Source: a virus. From it: a DNA stretch of 64,000 nucleotides. Below the pieces are notes generated by a model. The model had not been told where the DNA came from and searched no databases. It saw only the letters and a list, made by a program, of their open reading frames with translations. The translations under genes and the position numbers were made by a program. Positions 27,886 through 37,239 of this stretch are shown here, one piece after another. The first letter of the stretch is position 1; each line of letters begins with the position of its first letter. The DNA lies in the IMG/VR virus record IMGVR_UViG_3300042861_001913; one strand, 5' to 3'.

Positions 27886-28383
27886 TCAAGCCAATCTATA
27901 ACCTTGATTATATATTGTCGCATATTTAATCACTCCCATATCAGAAAAGTTGTCTATGAAGCGTTGAATTATCGCAGTATCCTGACTTAGTAAGAAAAAA
28001 GAAGAGTAATGCGCCGGATTACGTCCTGGTTGGAGATAATTGGGGTTACTAACACCATTAACCTCAGTTCTACCATCTATCCAATTAATACGGCTGCGAC
28101 ACTTAACATGAACATAGGTTTCAAGTTCAGGTACTTGCCAGCATACAGACTCACTGTAACCAGCAAATATGATGTTAACACTCTTATCATTCTCATATGT
28201 ATCAATTGCTTTAATTGCCGCACGACTAGCAGGAATGGGCGGATTACAATATACATTACCAGTCCAATCTAATTCATAGCCGCCTGTACCATCAGGAGGA
28301 AATGGATCTAAAGTTGCACCTAATGTTGAATTAACTTTATCCCAAATATATGGTGGTGTATACCAACTACTACTATTAGACAT
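27886..28383 (-). CDS. phage Dam-type DNA N6-adenine methyltransferase
   Basis: N-terminal SSWYTPPYIWDKV...LDPFP and catalytic VYCNPPI (NPPY-like) motif; about 165 aa as in the small phage Dam family. Confidence 0.65.
   Translation of the reverse strand: MSNSSSWYTPPYIWDKVNSTLGATLDPFPPDGTGGYELDWTGNVYCNPPIPASRAAIKAIDTYENDKSVNIIFAGYSESVCWQVPELETYVHVKCRSRINWIDGRTEVNGVSNPNYLQPGRNPAHYSSFFLLSQDTAIIQRFIDNFSDMGVIKYATIYNQGYRLA
27990..28000 (+). repeat. iterated motif GTAAGAAAAAA copy
   Basis: exact; antisense in the methyltransferase gene (FFLL, third phase). Confidence 0.9.
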
Positions 28384-28819
28384 TAATCAAGTACCTCTTA
28401 GCTATATGGAACCAGTGTGGACACAAATCACTTAACTTACTCATCAAATACTCAGTTTGTCCAGGTAGGCATGGTTTAACATCGCGTTTATGAATGCGGC
28501 GTTTAACTGTAATTAGTTGTCTTTTTCTAGTTACATAACTGAAATATTTCTTACCTATTGAGTTATAGCAAAATCCAAGAACATCGGGTTTAAGTTTAGT
28601 TACTGGTATACAAGCTCCCCATTTACCATCTTTAATTAAAATTAAATCACCTCTCTTATTTACACCATCGGATTCTATTAGTATCAGATAATCAGGATTA
28701 CTAATTGCATAATGGAACAACACTGACCAAGTGTAATTCGCAACTAATTTACAGTCAGTACGTTTACTCTCGTTAATTAATTTTATTAGCTGATTCATAA
28801 AGTTCATCAAACTCCTCAT
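28376..28819 (-). CDS. hypothetical protein (147 aa)
   Basis: ORF track. Confidence 0.55.
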   Translation of the reverse strand: MRSLMNFMNQLIKLINESKRTDCKLVANYTWSVLFHYAISNPDYLILIESDGVNKRGDLILIKDGKWGACIPVTKLKPDVLGFCYNSIGKKYFSYVTRKRQLITVKRRIHKRDVKPCLPGQTEYLMSKLSDLCPHWFHIAKRYLINV

Positions 28820-30017
28820 TTATGCAATCTAATATATTTTTACTTAATCCTCGATAATACTCTATATCCCATGCTATATAGAAACCACTATGCGTGCTAG
28901 TTACACGTAAGATATTATGGTAATAACTTATGAGATAATGTCCATCGTAATGTAGACTATAGCTAGTACCACAAAAATATAGTACCGCTTTAACATTATT
29001 CTCGTATCTAAATGTTATGTAGTTAGTGCGATAAAAATTATTTTTATCAAACTCACTAGATTTAGGAAATCCAAATAACTCAATTAACATATTAATGTAA
29101 CGACGCGTATCACTATCTATCTTACCTCTCCATGGTTTATCTACTACTTCAGGTAAGATAAATTCACAATTCTGAGGATTGAATTTAACGTCGGCTAGTG
29201 GGTATTGATATGTCTTAGAACTCTTTGATCTCATCTTGTAGGCTTTAGCTAGTAATGATTCATTCATTACTAGCTGATAATAATAGGTACTAGTTGACGC
29301 TGTATCTTGATAACCGTTAGCCGCTGACGGAATAAATACTGGAATATTTGATCTATGATTACAATGTTTGTATACTGGTGTAGATTGTTGCATAGTACCA
29401 TGCCACCACTCATTTAAGTCATTAAAGTTACTTAATAATATCAGAGCATTACCGTATATATTCTCTAACCATAAACCAAATATCTTAGTATGATCAGGAT
29501 CACTGTACATTATACGTAATTTAGCTCTTGCGGTGAAACCTTTACCATCTACTGACATAGATTCTCCAGCTACCCAGAAAAATAGAGTCTTACCTAGATG
29601 CTTCATATCTCCATCTATTTTATTCATGCTGGAATTAGCATTATGTTTGGCACGATCATCTGTAGCTTGGCATGATGAATAGTAAATCGAATTACCTTGA
29701 TTGCAACAGGTATCTTCATCACTTACTATACGTGTAGTAGAATTTGTTACTGTAGCTGATAATAAATCACTTACATTCTTATTATCTAATCCAATTGATA
29801 ATAAATACCTACTTAACTTCTTATTACCTATTCTCTTACTGCGCCATTCTTCAGGTGTTAATCCACGAGCTAATTCTGCTAATTCAGGCTTGTTAAAATT
29901 GATAGCGGCTAACGTGAGCATATCTTGGTATAGCATATTTAGTCCTCTAATAATTATTAATTCAGACTTAGAAAGTTGATAATTGAATATTAATGGGGGA
30001 GTATAGAACTCCCACAT
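28773..30017 (-). CDS. hypothetical protein (414 aa)
   Basis: ORF track. Confidence 0.6.
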   Translation of the reverse strand: MWEFYTPPLIFNYQLSKSELIIIRGLNMLYQDMLTLAAINFNKPELAELARGLTPEEWRSKRIGNKKLSRYLLSIGLDNKNVSDLLSATVTNSTTRIVSDEDTCCNQGNSIYYSSCQATDDRAKHNANSSMNKIDGDMKHLGKTLFFWVAGESMSVDGKGFTARAKLRIMYSDPDHTKIFGLWLENIYGNALILLSNFNDLNEWWHGTMQQSTPVYKHCNHRSNIPVFIPSAANGYQDTASTSTYYYQLVMNESLLAKAYKMRSKSSKTYQYPLADVKFNPQNCEFILPEVVDKPWRGKIDSDTRRYINMLIELFGFPKSSEFDKNNFYRTNYITFRYENNVKAVLYFCGTSYSLHYDGHYLISYYHNILRVTSTHSGFYIAWDIEYYRGLSKNILDCINEEFDELYESANKIN

Positions 30018-30023
30018 AACTAA

Positions 30024-30215
30024 CTATTTCTTGTTAGTGCTAAATAATCCAACCAGATATGAATTAGTTAGTACACATAACCATAAATCAACTTGAGTTG
30101 TGATACCAAATGTTAATAACCATTTAGTTATAATAACTTGAAGTAACCATCCTCCTAGTACAAAAACACTAACTGTTAATACTAACGCACCTACAGCTTG
30201 TAATGTTAATTTCAT
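30024..30215 (-). CDS. small membrane protein, 2-3 TM segments (63 aa)
   Basis: AVGALVLTVSVFVLGGWLLQVII and LWLCVLTNSYLVGLF hydrophobic stretches, basic tail NKK. Confidence 0.5.
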   Translation of the reverse strand: MKLTLQAVGALVLTVSVFVLGGWLLQVIITKWLLTFGITTQVDLWLCVLTNSYLVGLFSTNKK

Positions 30216-30225
30216 GAGATTCTCC

Positions 30226-30435
30226 TTATTTAACTACTTCAACTAATTGAACTTCAACTAATACTGGTTGGCGCGATTTGTCATTTAGTAATGCTTTTAA
30301 TACATTACTACTATGATGTTTCATTTTAAAAACACGCGCACTAGATAACTTCTTTGACCACCTACCCCATTGTGTTCCTGACGCTCTAGATTGTCGCCAA
30401 TACTCGCCAGTCAACGAGTCTTTAATTATGTACAT
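30226..30435 (-). CDS. hypothetical basic protein (69 aa)
   Basis: ORF track. Confidence 0.5.
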   Translation of the reverse strand: MYIIKDSLTGEYWRQSRASGTQWGRWSKKLSSARVFKMKHHSSNVLKALLNDKSRQPVLVEVQLVEVVK

Positions 30436-30443
30436 TCAGTTTA

Positions 30444-30707
30444 CTACCAATCATCCAACCCCGTAATTCCGACTATCAAATCAACTAATTCATCCTCCGA
30501 CAACTGGCAGTTAGTTAGTTCAGATTGTTTCAGAATATCATTATCTACAAACCTATGAAATTTAAAAAGAAGAGTTTCTGCATTTGCAGCACACATTACG
30601 TCTTTAAATTCTGTACCATAGTAAATCTTTCCAGTTAAACTCATATCTGAGTTAATAGTTATATCAGTTAATACGTAACCTTTATATTCGTTCATTTCTA
30701 ACTCCAA
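30444..30707 (-). CDS. hypothetical protein (87 aa)
   Basis: ORF track. Confidence 0.5.
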   Translation of the reverse strand: MELEMNEYKGYVLTDITINSDMSLTGKIYYGTEFKDVMCAANAETLLFKFHRFVDNDILKQSELTNCQLSEDELVDLIVGITGLDDW

Positions 30708-30776
30708 TAACTACAAGTGAACTATTAGTTAATTGAGTTAAGGTACATCAATTAACTAATACATAATCTACATCAA

Positions 30777-31064
30777 CTAAACTAATGTGAACTTAGTGAA
30801 TGTAAGTTTACCATCATTTACATTAGGTACGATAACTTCATCACCTTTAACTAAAGATTTAATACCTCGTTTACGCTTACCTATATCAATAGATAACGTA
30901 TCTTTAATTAACTTAACTTTGCGAGACTTAGTGTAACTCAAGTTAATAGCATTCTCTAATTGCTCTCTATTAAGAAGTGCATTAAACTCTTGATATCTTA
31001 ATGTACAGTTAGCAGGTAGAATGGAAACAATTGCGGCATTTAGATTAAGTGCGAAGTAAATCAT
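30777..31064 (-). CDS. hypothetical protein (95 aa)
   Basis: ORF track. Confidence 0.5.
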   Translation of the reverse strand: MIYFALNLNAAIVSILPANCTLRYQEFNALLNREQLENAINLSYTKSRKVKLIKDTLSIDIGKRKRGIKSLVKGDEVIVPNVNDGKLTFTKFTLV

Positions 31065-31161
31065 GTTATCTCCAGTTAGAATGAGTTAATTGAACAGTAG
31101 TTAAATAATGTTAATTAAGTGCATTATAATTGCAACTTAATAAATGAGTTAAAGATGTTAA

Positions 31162-31326
31162 TCATAACAGATTTAGAATGTCTTTGTATGATGTAGGTTG
31201 TTTAACTTGATGTTTGTTTAATTGACGTATAGCAAATCTCCCTAATCTATCAAAAGTGACAAAGGTTAAGTTAGTGTTCTCTAAATCAACATCAGGTAAA
31301 GTAACTTTAGTAGCCCACTTATTCAT
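31162..31326 (-). CDS. small hypothetical protein (54 aa, MNKWATKVTLPD...)
   Basis: hand-translated; ATG overlaps the stop of 31319..31591 (ATGAATAA). Confidence 0.4.
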   Translation of the reverse strand: MNKWATKVTLPDVDLENTNLTFVTFDRLGRFAIRQLNKHQVKQPTSYKDILNLL

Positions 31327-31591
31327 TTAACTTTCTCCATTGTTCCCAAGCTTCAGGTAAATATTTTTGTAATGCTTGCCAGTATTCTACTACTTCTGTG
31401 TCGGGATAGTAAGTACAAACTTCACAAGCATCTTCATAGTTAAGGAATGTAGTAGCGTCATTAGGAGAATTACCCCATTCTAAAGTTCCTCTTTTATAAT
31501 ACTTATTTGTTTTAGTATTCTTAACTACATACTTTGAATTTTTAGTCATAGCATAACTTCTTTTTACAGTTTCAGTTGATTCAATACTCAT
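31319..31591 (-). CDS. hypothetical protein (90 aa)
   Basis: ORF track. Confidence 0.5.
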   Translation of the reverse strand: MSIESTETVKRSYAMTKNSKYVVKNTKTNKYYKRGTLEWGNSPNDATTFLNYEDACEVCTYYPDTEVVEYWQALQKYLPEAWEQWRKLNE

Positions 31592-31718
31592 GTAGGTTTT
31601 CCTTTACTAATAAGGACTGCCATTTTATACCACTACCGCATATTACACATTGTTCCATGTTAAATCCTAAATCCATAGTAGTTACTTAACTTAGTTACCT
31701 CGTTAAGTTGAATGTTAA

Positions 31719-31883
31719 TTACACCTTTACTTTCTTGATTGCACGTTTAATTGGTTTACTTAATTCAACAGCTTCATCATAAGTTAGAAACTGTTTATCT
31801 CCAACTATGAATACTTCACGTAACTCGAATCTATCAACTACAGATGTACCGGGTTTAGCAGGTCTAGCGAATACGTTACTCAT
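31719..31883 (-). CDS. small hypothetical protein (54 aa, MSNVFARPAKPG...)
   Basis: hand-translated; strong RBS AGGAGAATAAC before the ATG. Confidence 0.45.
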   Translation of the reverse strand: MSNVFARPAKPGTSVVDRFELREVFIVGDKQFLTYDEAVELSKPIKRAIKKVKV

Positions 31884-31884
31884 G

Positions 31885-31977
31885 TTATTCTCCTAATATT
31901 TTAGAAAGTAAATCAATTACACTGGATAGAAATAATCCAAATAGTGTACCAAGTAAGAAAATAAATAGTATTGGCAT
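31885..31977 (-). CDS. tiny single-TM peptide (30 aa, MPILFIFLLGTLFGLFLSSV...)
   Basis: hand-translated; RBS-like GGAGATTGACA before the ATG. Confidence 0.3.
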   Translation of the reverse strand: MPILFIFLLGTLFGLFLSSVIDLLSKILGE

Positions 31978-31987
31978 TGTCAATCTC

Positions 31988-32539
31988 CTAATAAACTAAT
32001 AGTTCACTATTAAATCGCACTAACTTAAGTAGAGTTAGCAGTTTCCAATCTACAGGAAATGACTTGAATCGGAGATCTGTGCGTGATTTAATTTCCATCT
32101 GTTTAACCTGTTTCCATTTACGTAACTCCTCAATAACACTATCTTTAATTGGTACATCTAACCATTTAGATAACTCAATTAATAATTTAAGTGATTCCGT
32201 ATCAGATGTACATTGAACTACACCTACACTAGATTTATTTCTATGTTGATAAAACGCATATTCGCTGGACTTAACTTGAAAACCAAGCCATTGATCATTT
32301 CGTTTAACTGCAATGTCTACTTGATATACAGAATCAAGTATGGTGTAATTTTCAACTAGATACACTTCATCTAATTGAAGTAACTTGAGAATGTTAACTA
32401 GATACAACTCTGTTTTCTTACCTTTGTTAACAGCAGCTTTAGTATCGTAATTTGGTCTAGTAAGTTTAATTTTATCTAGACCATATATCAGATGATCTAG
32501 TGTTAACTCGTATGGTTTGTCGGCGATCTTGAAGCTCAT
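31988..32539 (-). CDS. hypothetical protein, possible PD-(D/E)XK-like nuclease fold (183 aa from MSFKIADKPY)
   Basis: GAGGACAATGTT-ATG at 32539; VDIAV...GFQVKSS resembles D...(E/Q)xK; weak. Confidence 0.45.
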   Translation of the reverse strand: MSFKIADKPYELTLDHLIYGLDKIKLTRPNYDTKAAVNKGKKTELYLVNILKLLQLDEVYLVENYTILDSVYQVDIAVKRNDQWLGFQVKSSEYAFYQHRNKSSVGVVQCTSDTESLKLLIELSKWLDVPIKDSVIEELRKWKQVKQMEIKSRTDLRFKSFPVDWKLLTLLKLVRFNSELLVY

Positions 32540-32619
32540 AACATTGTCCTCTAAATAAATTGACCAACAAAGAAAGCGCAACTTAATTGCTGCGCTACCT
32601 TAATTGATAATCTATATGG

Positions 32620-32790
32620 TTACTTAAACTTGATATTACTAGTCTCAATCTTCCCCGTATGTTCCTCAACTTCAATCTTAGTTTCAGTTACCTTCTCAGG
32701 TGGAGTATCTTTATCTGCATAACTACTAGTTGTAGTCTTAACTCCATCTTTAATTACAATTTCAATTCCAACTAATCGTTTATCCGACAT
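32620..32790 (-). CDS. small hypothetical protein (56 aa, MSDKRLVGIEIVIKDG...)
   Basis: hand-translated; fills an otherwise empty gap. Confidence 0.4.
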   Translation of the reverse strand: MSDKRLVGIEIVIKDGVKTTTSSYADKDTPPEKVTETKIEVEEHTGKIETSNIKFK

Positions 32791-32912
32791 ACTTATCTCC
32801 TAGATAATGTTTAACTAATGTAGTGAACTTTATCTCCAACATTAAATTTACTCATTATTCATCTCCTTGTGGTGCTGGTATAGTTGGACTTTCTTCTCCA
32901 TTACCTCTTTCA

Positions 32913-33260
32913 TCAGGATCTAACTTCATTACGATTCTCCATAGCAAATAATTCATCACGAGTTAACTCAACACGATCTAAATCGTTATCATCTACAGTG
33001 TCATAGAATAACTTCATAAATTTAGCATTATCAACTTTTAATTTCTCCAATAGCTTAAGACATTCAGTTATACCTCTAACATAATAGTATTCACCATCAA
33101 CACGTATTCTGATAGCTATACTTAATATTTTCTTACCATCTTGATCTGTTACTACATTAATAATTGGTTTCCATGCTGTGTAACGTTTAAGATTAATACC
33201 GCCGCATTCAAGTTCAAAATTCTTCATTATACTCCTAATAAGAATCGGTGTGTTCATCAA
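32913..33260 (-). CDS. hypothetical protein (115 aa)
   Basis: ORF track. Confidence 0.55.
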   Translation of the reverse strand: MMNTPILIRSIMKNFELECGGINLKRYTAWKPIINVVTDQDGKKILSIAIRIRVDGEYYYVRGITECLKLLEKLKVDNAKFMKLFYDTVDDNDLDRVELTRDELFAMENRNEVRS

Positions 33261-33267
33261 CTTACTC

Positions 33268-33277
33268 TTTTTCTTAC
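33268..33277 (-). repeat. iterated 10-mer GTAAGAAAAA copy (intergenic)
   Basis: plus strand TTTTTCTTAC; 7 nt upstream of ATG 33260 in gene direction. Confidence 0.9.
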
Positions 33278-33296
33278 AATTTGAATGTCTTGTGGT

Positions 33297-33641
33297 TCAT
33301 ACGCTAACATTAATCCTACTATCTGGATATATAACACAAGCACTAAGATAACTACTTACGAACTTTACTAAATCCTCATATTTACCCCAACCGTTAGCGG
33401 GATTTAACTTCCTGTATTTATCAGGATCACTAATTAATTCAATCAACCCTTCAGCTAGAGGTTTAATTAACTCACTAGCATTAGTTACTTCTGGATGCCA
33501 TAAACACTCATACAATCCAGCTAATTCAGCCATTGTATTTAGATTGTGAGTTATGTTAGCAGTAAACACTTCAGTAGTAGTTACTTCATCAGATACAACT
33601 ACAACTGGTTCATCTATCGTTAACCAAACATCTAAACTCAT
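33297..33641 (-). CDS. hypothetical protein (114 aa)
   Basis: ORF track. Confidence 0.55.
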   Translation of the reverse strand: MSLDVWLTIDEPVVVVSDEVTTTEVFTANITHNLNTMAELAGLYECLWHPEVTNASELIKPLAEGLIELISDPDKYRKLNPANGWGKYEDLVKFVSSYLSACVIYPDSRINVSV

Positions 33642-33771
33642 TCTAATTCCTCCATAATTACATCATCGTCATCATCACATGAGAAGAGAAACTCATTATA
33701 TGATTCCTTGTTAAGTTTAGTTAGAAGAAGACGTGCATCCTCATTGTGTAGTGTGTACATAAACTTAGTTG

Positions 33772-33800
33772 AACTGTAGTTAAATTACTTAACTACAGTT
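33772..33800 (-). terminator. 12-bp perfect hairpin AACTGTAGTTAA-ATTAC-TTAACTACAGTT after a gene end
   Basis: located 8 nt after the stop of 33808..34206; no clear U-run. Confidence 0.45.
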
Positions 33801-33807
33801 AGTTATC

Positions 33808-34206
33808 CTATCCTAGTTGTTCCAGCATTTTAATCTTCTCTTCCTTACTTAATTCTTTAAGTTGTTTAAGGTCATCTTCATGTATTGCTTCTAATAACTG
33901 TCGCTTCAGTTGAACCTTATTAGCTAATTTAACTCTAGTTGTTTCACGTTCAACAGCTTCAAATGTGAGAGTAGCGTAAACATACTTAATTACTTCACGA
34001 CGTAATTCAAGTTGTTCAGTTAACTGAGATTTAACATCACTTAAACCATCTTCAACTTGTTCGCGCAATTGACGATTAAGTTCCTTATAAGCTACATCTA
34101 AGTCAGGTAACTTACAGTTATATAAGTCTTCAGTAGATATTAATTTACCGTTAACAGAGTAACGTAATGCTAAACGAACAGACTTTTCAATTAATGTTGC
34201 AGTCAT
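33808..34206 (-). CDS. hypothetical coiled-coil protein (132 aa)
   Basis: ORF track. Confidence 0.55.
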   Translation of the reverse strand: MTATLIEKSVRLALRYSVNGKLISTEDLYNCKLPDLDVAYKELNRQLREQVEDGLSDVKSQLTEQLELRREVIKYVYATLTFEAVERETTRVKLANKVQLKRQLLEAIHEDDLKQLKELSKEEKIKMLEQLG

Positions 34207-34268
34207 GAGATTCTCCTAATTGATTGATTAATACACTTTTACTGGATGAGTGTGAACCACAGGAACTG

Positions 34269-36254
34269 TTATACCTTAACTCTCATAGTTCTATTACCAT
34301 TAACTCTAACTACAAAGTTATTACGTAATGTTGAATTAAATCCAACTCCAGATAATTGGTTACTGCAAGATGGTGTCTTTAACTTATCACCAAGTACATC
34401 AAATACCTTACGACTATGCTGAACTAATTCAGACTTAAGATACTCATTAAAGATAGATCGAGGATTATCTGAATTAACACATCCTTCTAACATAAAGAGA
34501 TAGTGTTTTTCACCGATAGCAGTTGTCCAATGATTAGGAGATAAACTAACTAGATTGACCTTATGGAATAAATTAGTCTTAATACCCCATATCTCCTTAG
34601 ATGACACACTAGAACCGCTACTATCAAGTGATTTAACAATAGTAAATCCTTTTAATTTGTCGAATTTAACAGTAACTACAGGTATTGTCTCTCCACCTCG
34701 AAGATTCTTATTATATGCGTAAGAAAAAAGAGTACCATCTATTTCTAATTCAGCAGTAAATCCGCCATTAGATGTACGAAATGAATAGTTATGAACAAAG
34801 TATGTGTATTCACCATCCAGCATTCGGCGGCGATCTATGTGAACTATGTTCTCTACTGCAACTCCTCTAGGAACGCGTATATCAACGTCCAACGAGCCAC
34901 CAGTATTTCTACTAACTTTATTATTGTATGCAATCTCACAATAAAGAGGTTCTATACAATGAGCATCGAAATCAATAATGTTAGCATTATTATCATTCCA
35001 TTGAATACTAAACCTACTAACTACATCATCTACACGTCCACCTGCTGCTTTAACTCTCTCACGCATACTATCAGCATTACCGCCATTGTAAACCCAGCTA
35101 AATGAGTTATCCCACTTAAATAATGTAGGTGCTGCACTATCTACAGCAGTTACTAAACTAACTAAATTACCACTATGGTGCGATTCAAGTAGTAACTCAA
35201 CATTAGTAGCACCAGGTAACACATCATTAATAAACTCATCTATGTTAACTTCATCTAACTTAACTAATGATTTAGGATTTACAGGAACAGCATCTCTGAT
35301 GCTATCAAATACATTAGTATTAAGTTTCTGACTACGATTAATAAACAGAGCATTATTAATGTTAATATCACTCTCATGACAGAACCTCCTATCTAATGCT
35401 GCTTCTAAACCAAGTTCTACAACTAACTTATTAGCTTCCTCTACTTGTTTCTTAGTAGAGATAACTTGATTAGTTCTCATGTAACTACCGCCAGATACTT
35501 TACTCTCGTAAAATCTAATAGCAGCATCTAGATCACGACCATTAGTTAACTCAATTAATAAGTCACCTAATGATGTATCATGTAAATCAGTGATGTAAGT
35601 ATCACAGTTACTCCAACAGTAGTTAACCTTATTAACAGTTAAGTTAGCATACTGTTGTTGATGACGTAGTAACTCATTTAACTTAGCTTTATTTGATTCA
35701 CCTCTATATAGTTGATTCTCTGCAATCAATGATAGAAGTGTTTCAGTTGCATCAATACTAATGTTATCTAGTATTGAAGTTAATACACTATGTTTAACTC
35801 GCTTAAGGTGCATTAATGTATTTTCAGTTAAAAAAGATTGAGTTACTAATGTACTAGGTAACTCATAATAGAGATGTTGCCATTCTACATCAATAGTTAA
35901 ACTACGATCTGTACCTAACTTAGATTGTTTAGTTATGAATACATTAGTTATGTTAGATTCACTAACTAACTTATCTAATGCAGCTATAACTCCTGCATAC
36001 ATAACGTCATCTACAGTGAAATTCCAAATTGACTTAAGTTGATTGTCTTTAATTGCAACTACATTACCATAGTTACGAATAAATGATTTACAACAGTTAC
36101 AGTTAAATCCTTGACGTTCATCATCAGGAAACGCATTTAAATAAGCATCCCATAACTCATTCTTATTAACATCAGTTACATATAACCGAACTTGTTCTTC
36201 AATGAGTTTATTGAAGTTACTTTGAAACAATACTTTAAATTCATTAAATTGCAT
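34269..36254 (-). CDS. large hypothetical protein (661 aa) with N-terminal Cys cluster FNCNCCKSF
   Basis: ORF track; no domain recognised. Confidence 0.65.
   Translation of the reverse strand: MQFNEFKVLFQSNFNKLIEEQVRLYVTDVNKNELWDAYLNAFPDDERQGFNCNCCKSFIRNYGNVVAIKDNQLKSIWNFTVDDVMYAGVIAALDKLVSESNITNVFITKQSKLGTDRSLTIDVEWQHLYYELPSTLVTQSFLTENTLMHLKRVKHSVLTSILDNISIDATETLLSLIAENQLYRGESNKAKLNELLRHQQQYANLTVNKVNYCWSNCDTYITDLHDTSLGDLLIELTNGRDLDAAIRFYESKVSGGSYMRTNQVISTKKQVEEANKLVVELGLEAALDRRFCHESDININNALFINRSQKLNTNVFDSIRDAVPVNPKSLVKLDEVNIDEFINDVLPGATNVELLLESHHSGNLVSLVTAVDSAAPTLFKWDNSFSWVYNGGNADSMRERVKAAGGRVDDVVSRFSIQWNDNNANIIDFDAHCIEPLYCEIAYNNKVSRNTGGSLDVDIRVPRGVAVENIVHIDRRRMLDGEYTYFVHNYSFRTSNGGFTAELEIDGTLFSYAYNKNLRGGETIPVVTVKFDKLKGFTIVKSLDSSGSSVSSKEIWGIKTNLFHKVNLVSLSPNHWTTAIGEKHYLFMLEGCVNSDNPRSIFNEYLKSELVQHSRKVFDVLGDKLKTPSCSNQLSGVGFNSTLRNNFVVRVNGNRTMRVKV
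34729..34739 (+). repeat. iterated motif GTAAGAAAAAA copy
   Basis: exact; antisense in 34269..36254 (LFSY). Confidence 0.9.
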
Positions 36255-36281
36255 AACTCTAAGTCTCCTAATTGTGTTAAC

Positions 36282-36539
36282 TCTAAACTAACTTAATTAA
36301 CAATGAATAGTTATCACTAAATGTAATAACTATAGTTACATCATCTTCATTAACTATAGATAAGATAACCTTACCTAAGATATCTGTAAGTGGATAACAT
36401 CTACTTAACATACCTTTAGATAATGAATAAAACTCATAACTGTAACTTAATGTAGAGTTAGTTAAGTTAATGAATACTTTATCTTTACTTGCACTAACTC
36501 CATCAACAGTATCTCCAATTGCATCATAGTTAACTGCAT
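36282..36539 (-). CDS. hypothetical protein (85 aa, MQLTMMQLEILLMELVQVKIKVFINLTNSTLSYSYEF...) absent from the supplied ORF track
   Basis: hand translation twice gives an uninterrupted ATG-to-TAG frame; AGAGGAG 8 nt upstream of the ATG. Confidence 0.45.
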
Positions 36540-36764
36540 GATCTAAACTCCTCTAATTAATGATTACTTACTTAACTCAGTTAACGCTACATAACGTAAC
36601 TTCATTAACTGAGCATAGAATGGGTTGATCTTACATAGACTTGGAATAGTAACACTAAATCCTGCAAACTTAAATGACTTATAATGGACAAGTTACAGGA
36701 ACTAAAGCAACTATTAATTGAGCTAGTTGTTTCTTACTTAACTAAATATCTCTCTAATTAAGAT

Positions 36765-36778
36765 ACTTAGTATACTAA
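36765..36778. repeat. perfect 14-bp palindrome CTTAGTATACTAAG flanked by direct TAAGATACTT repeats
   Basis: seen at the AT-rich/GC-richer transition, 36758-36785. Confidence 0.7.
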
Positions 36779-36789
36779 GATACTTCACT

Positions 36790-37239
36790 AACTCGCCCCT
36801 TACACTGTTCTAGGAAATTTAGATAGATCTATCCTAAATACCTAACATTACTACTACTAGTAGTCTTTTTAACGTTGCGACTTGTTGTTAACTCAGTGCA
36901 ACTAATTACTTACCATTGATCCTAACTATTGCTAGGTGGTGTCACTTGACTTGTCGGGACATTACCTGGTATCTCTAGATGTCCGAACATTGTGCAACCG
37001 TGATAGTGACCTTCTTTATGTTTTAGCTCTAGAGCCAGGACTTTCACCCTGATCACGGTGTAGACTACTGGTGTTCTGAGGTGTCTTGATGAGACCCAGT
37101 GCCTACGGAATGAGTAAACCCCTTAAACTCATACTCCGCATACCAGCCAATACCGTAAACTACGTGACGCAGTATCAAGGGATCTTTCGATATTAGCTAG
37201 TAATATCATAACTTAGTTTTTAATAAATTTACAACTAAA
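36790..37239. other. GC-richer stretch with no ORF of 60 aa or more, containing nested inverted repeats (function unknown)
   Basis: no ORF of 60 aa or more on either strand; stems GTCACT 36941-46/AGTGAC 37005-10 enclosing GGACAT 36957-62/ATGTCC 36979-84; hairpin 37105-37138; palindrome GCTCTAGAGC. Confidence 0.5.

Noticed and set aside
30024-30215. Holin assignment for the 63-aa multi-TM protein
   Set aside because: No endolysin or spanin gene is adjacent, and it sits in the early leftward array. It is kept only as a small membrane protein.
36282-36552. A frameshifted version of the 85-aa ORF, because an alternative frame reads AVNYDAIGDTVDGVSASKD over the first 24 codons
   Set aside because: This arose from my own transcription slip (a dropped T). 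On re-reading, the ATG-initiated frame is continuous and the alternative frame has no start codon.
37030-37100. RNase P RNA (minus-strand GGGTGAAAGTCCTGGCTCTAGAG resembles the conserved GAGGAAAGUCCGGGCUC block), cobalamin riboswitch (GGTGAAAGTCC) or hammerhead core (CTTGATGAG)
   Set aside because: In each case only one short block matches. The other conserved regions of these RNAs are missing or in the wrong order, and the hammerhead CUGAUGA box is not exact.
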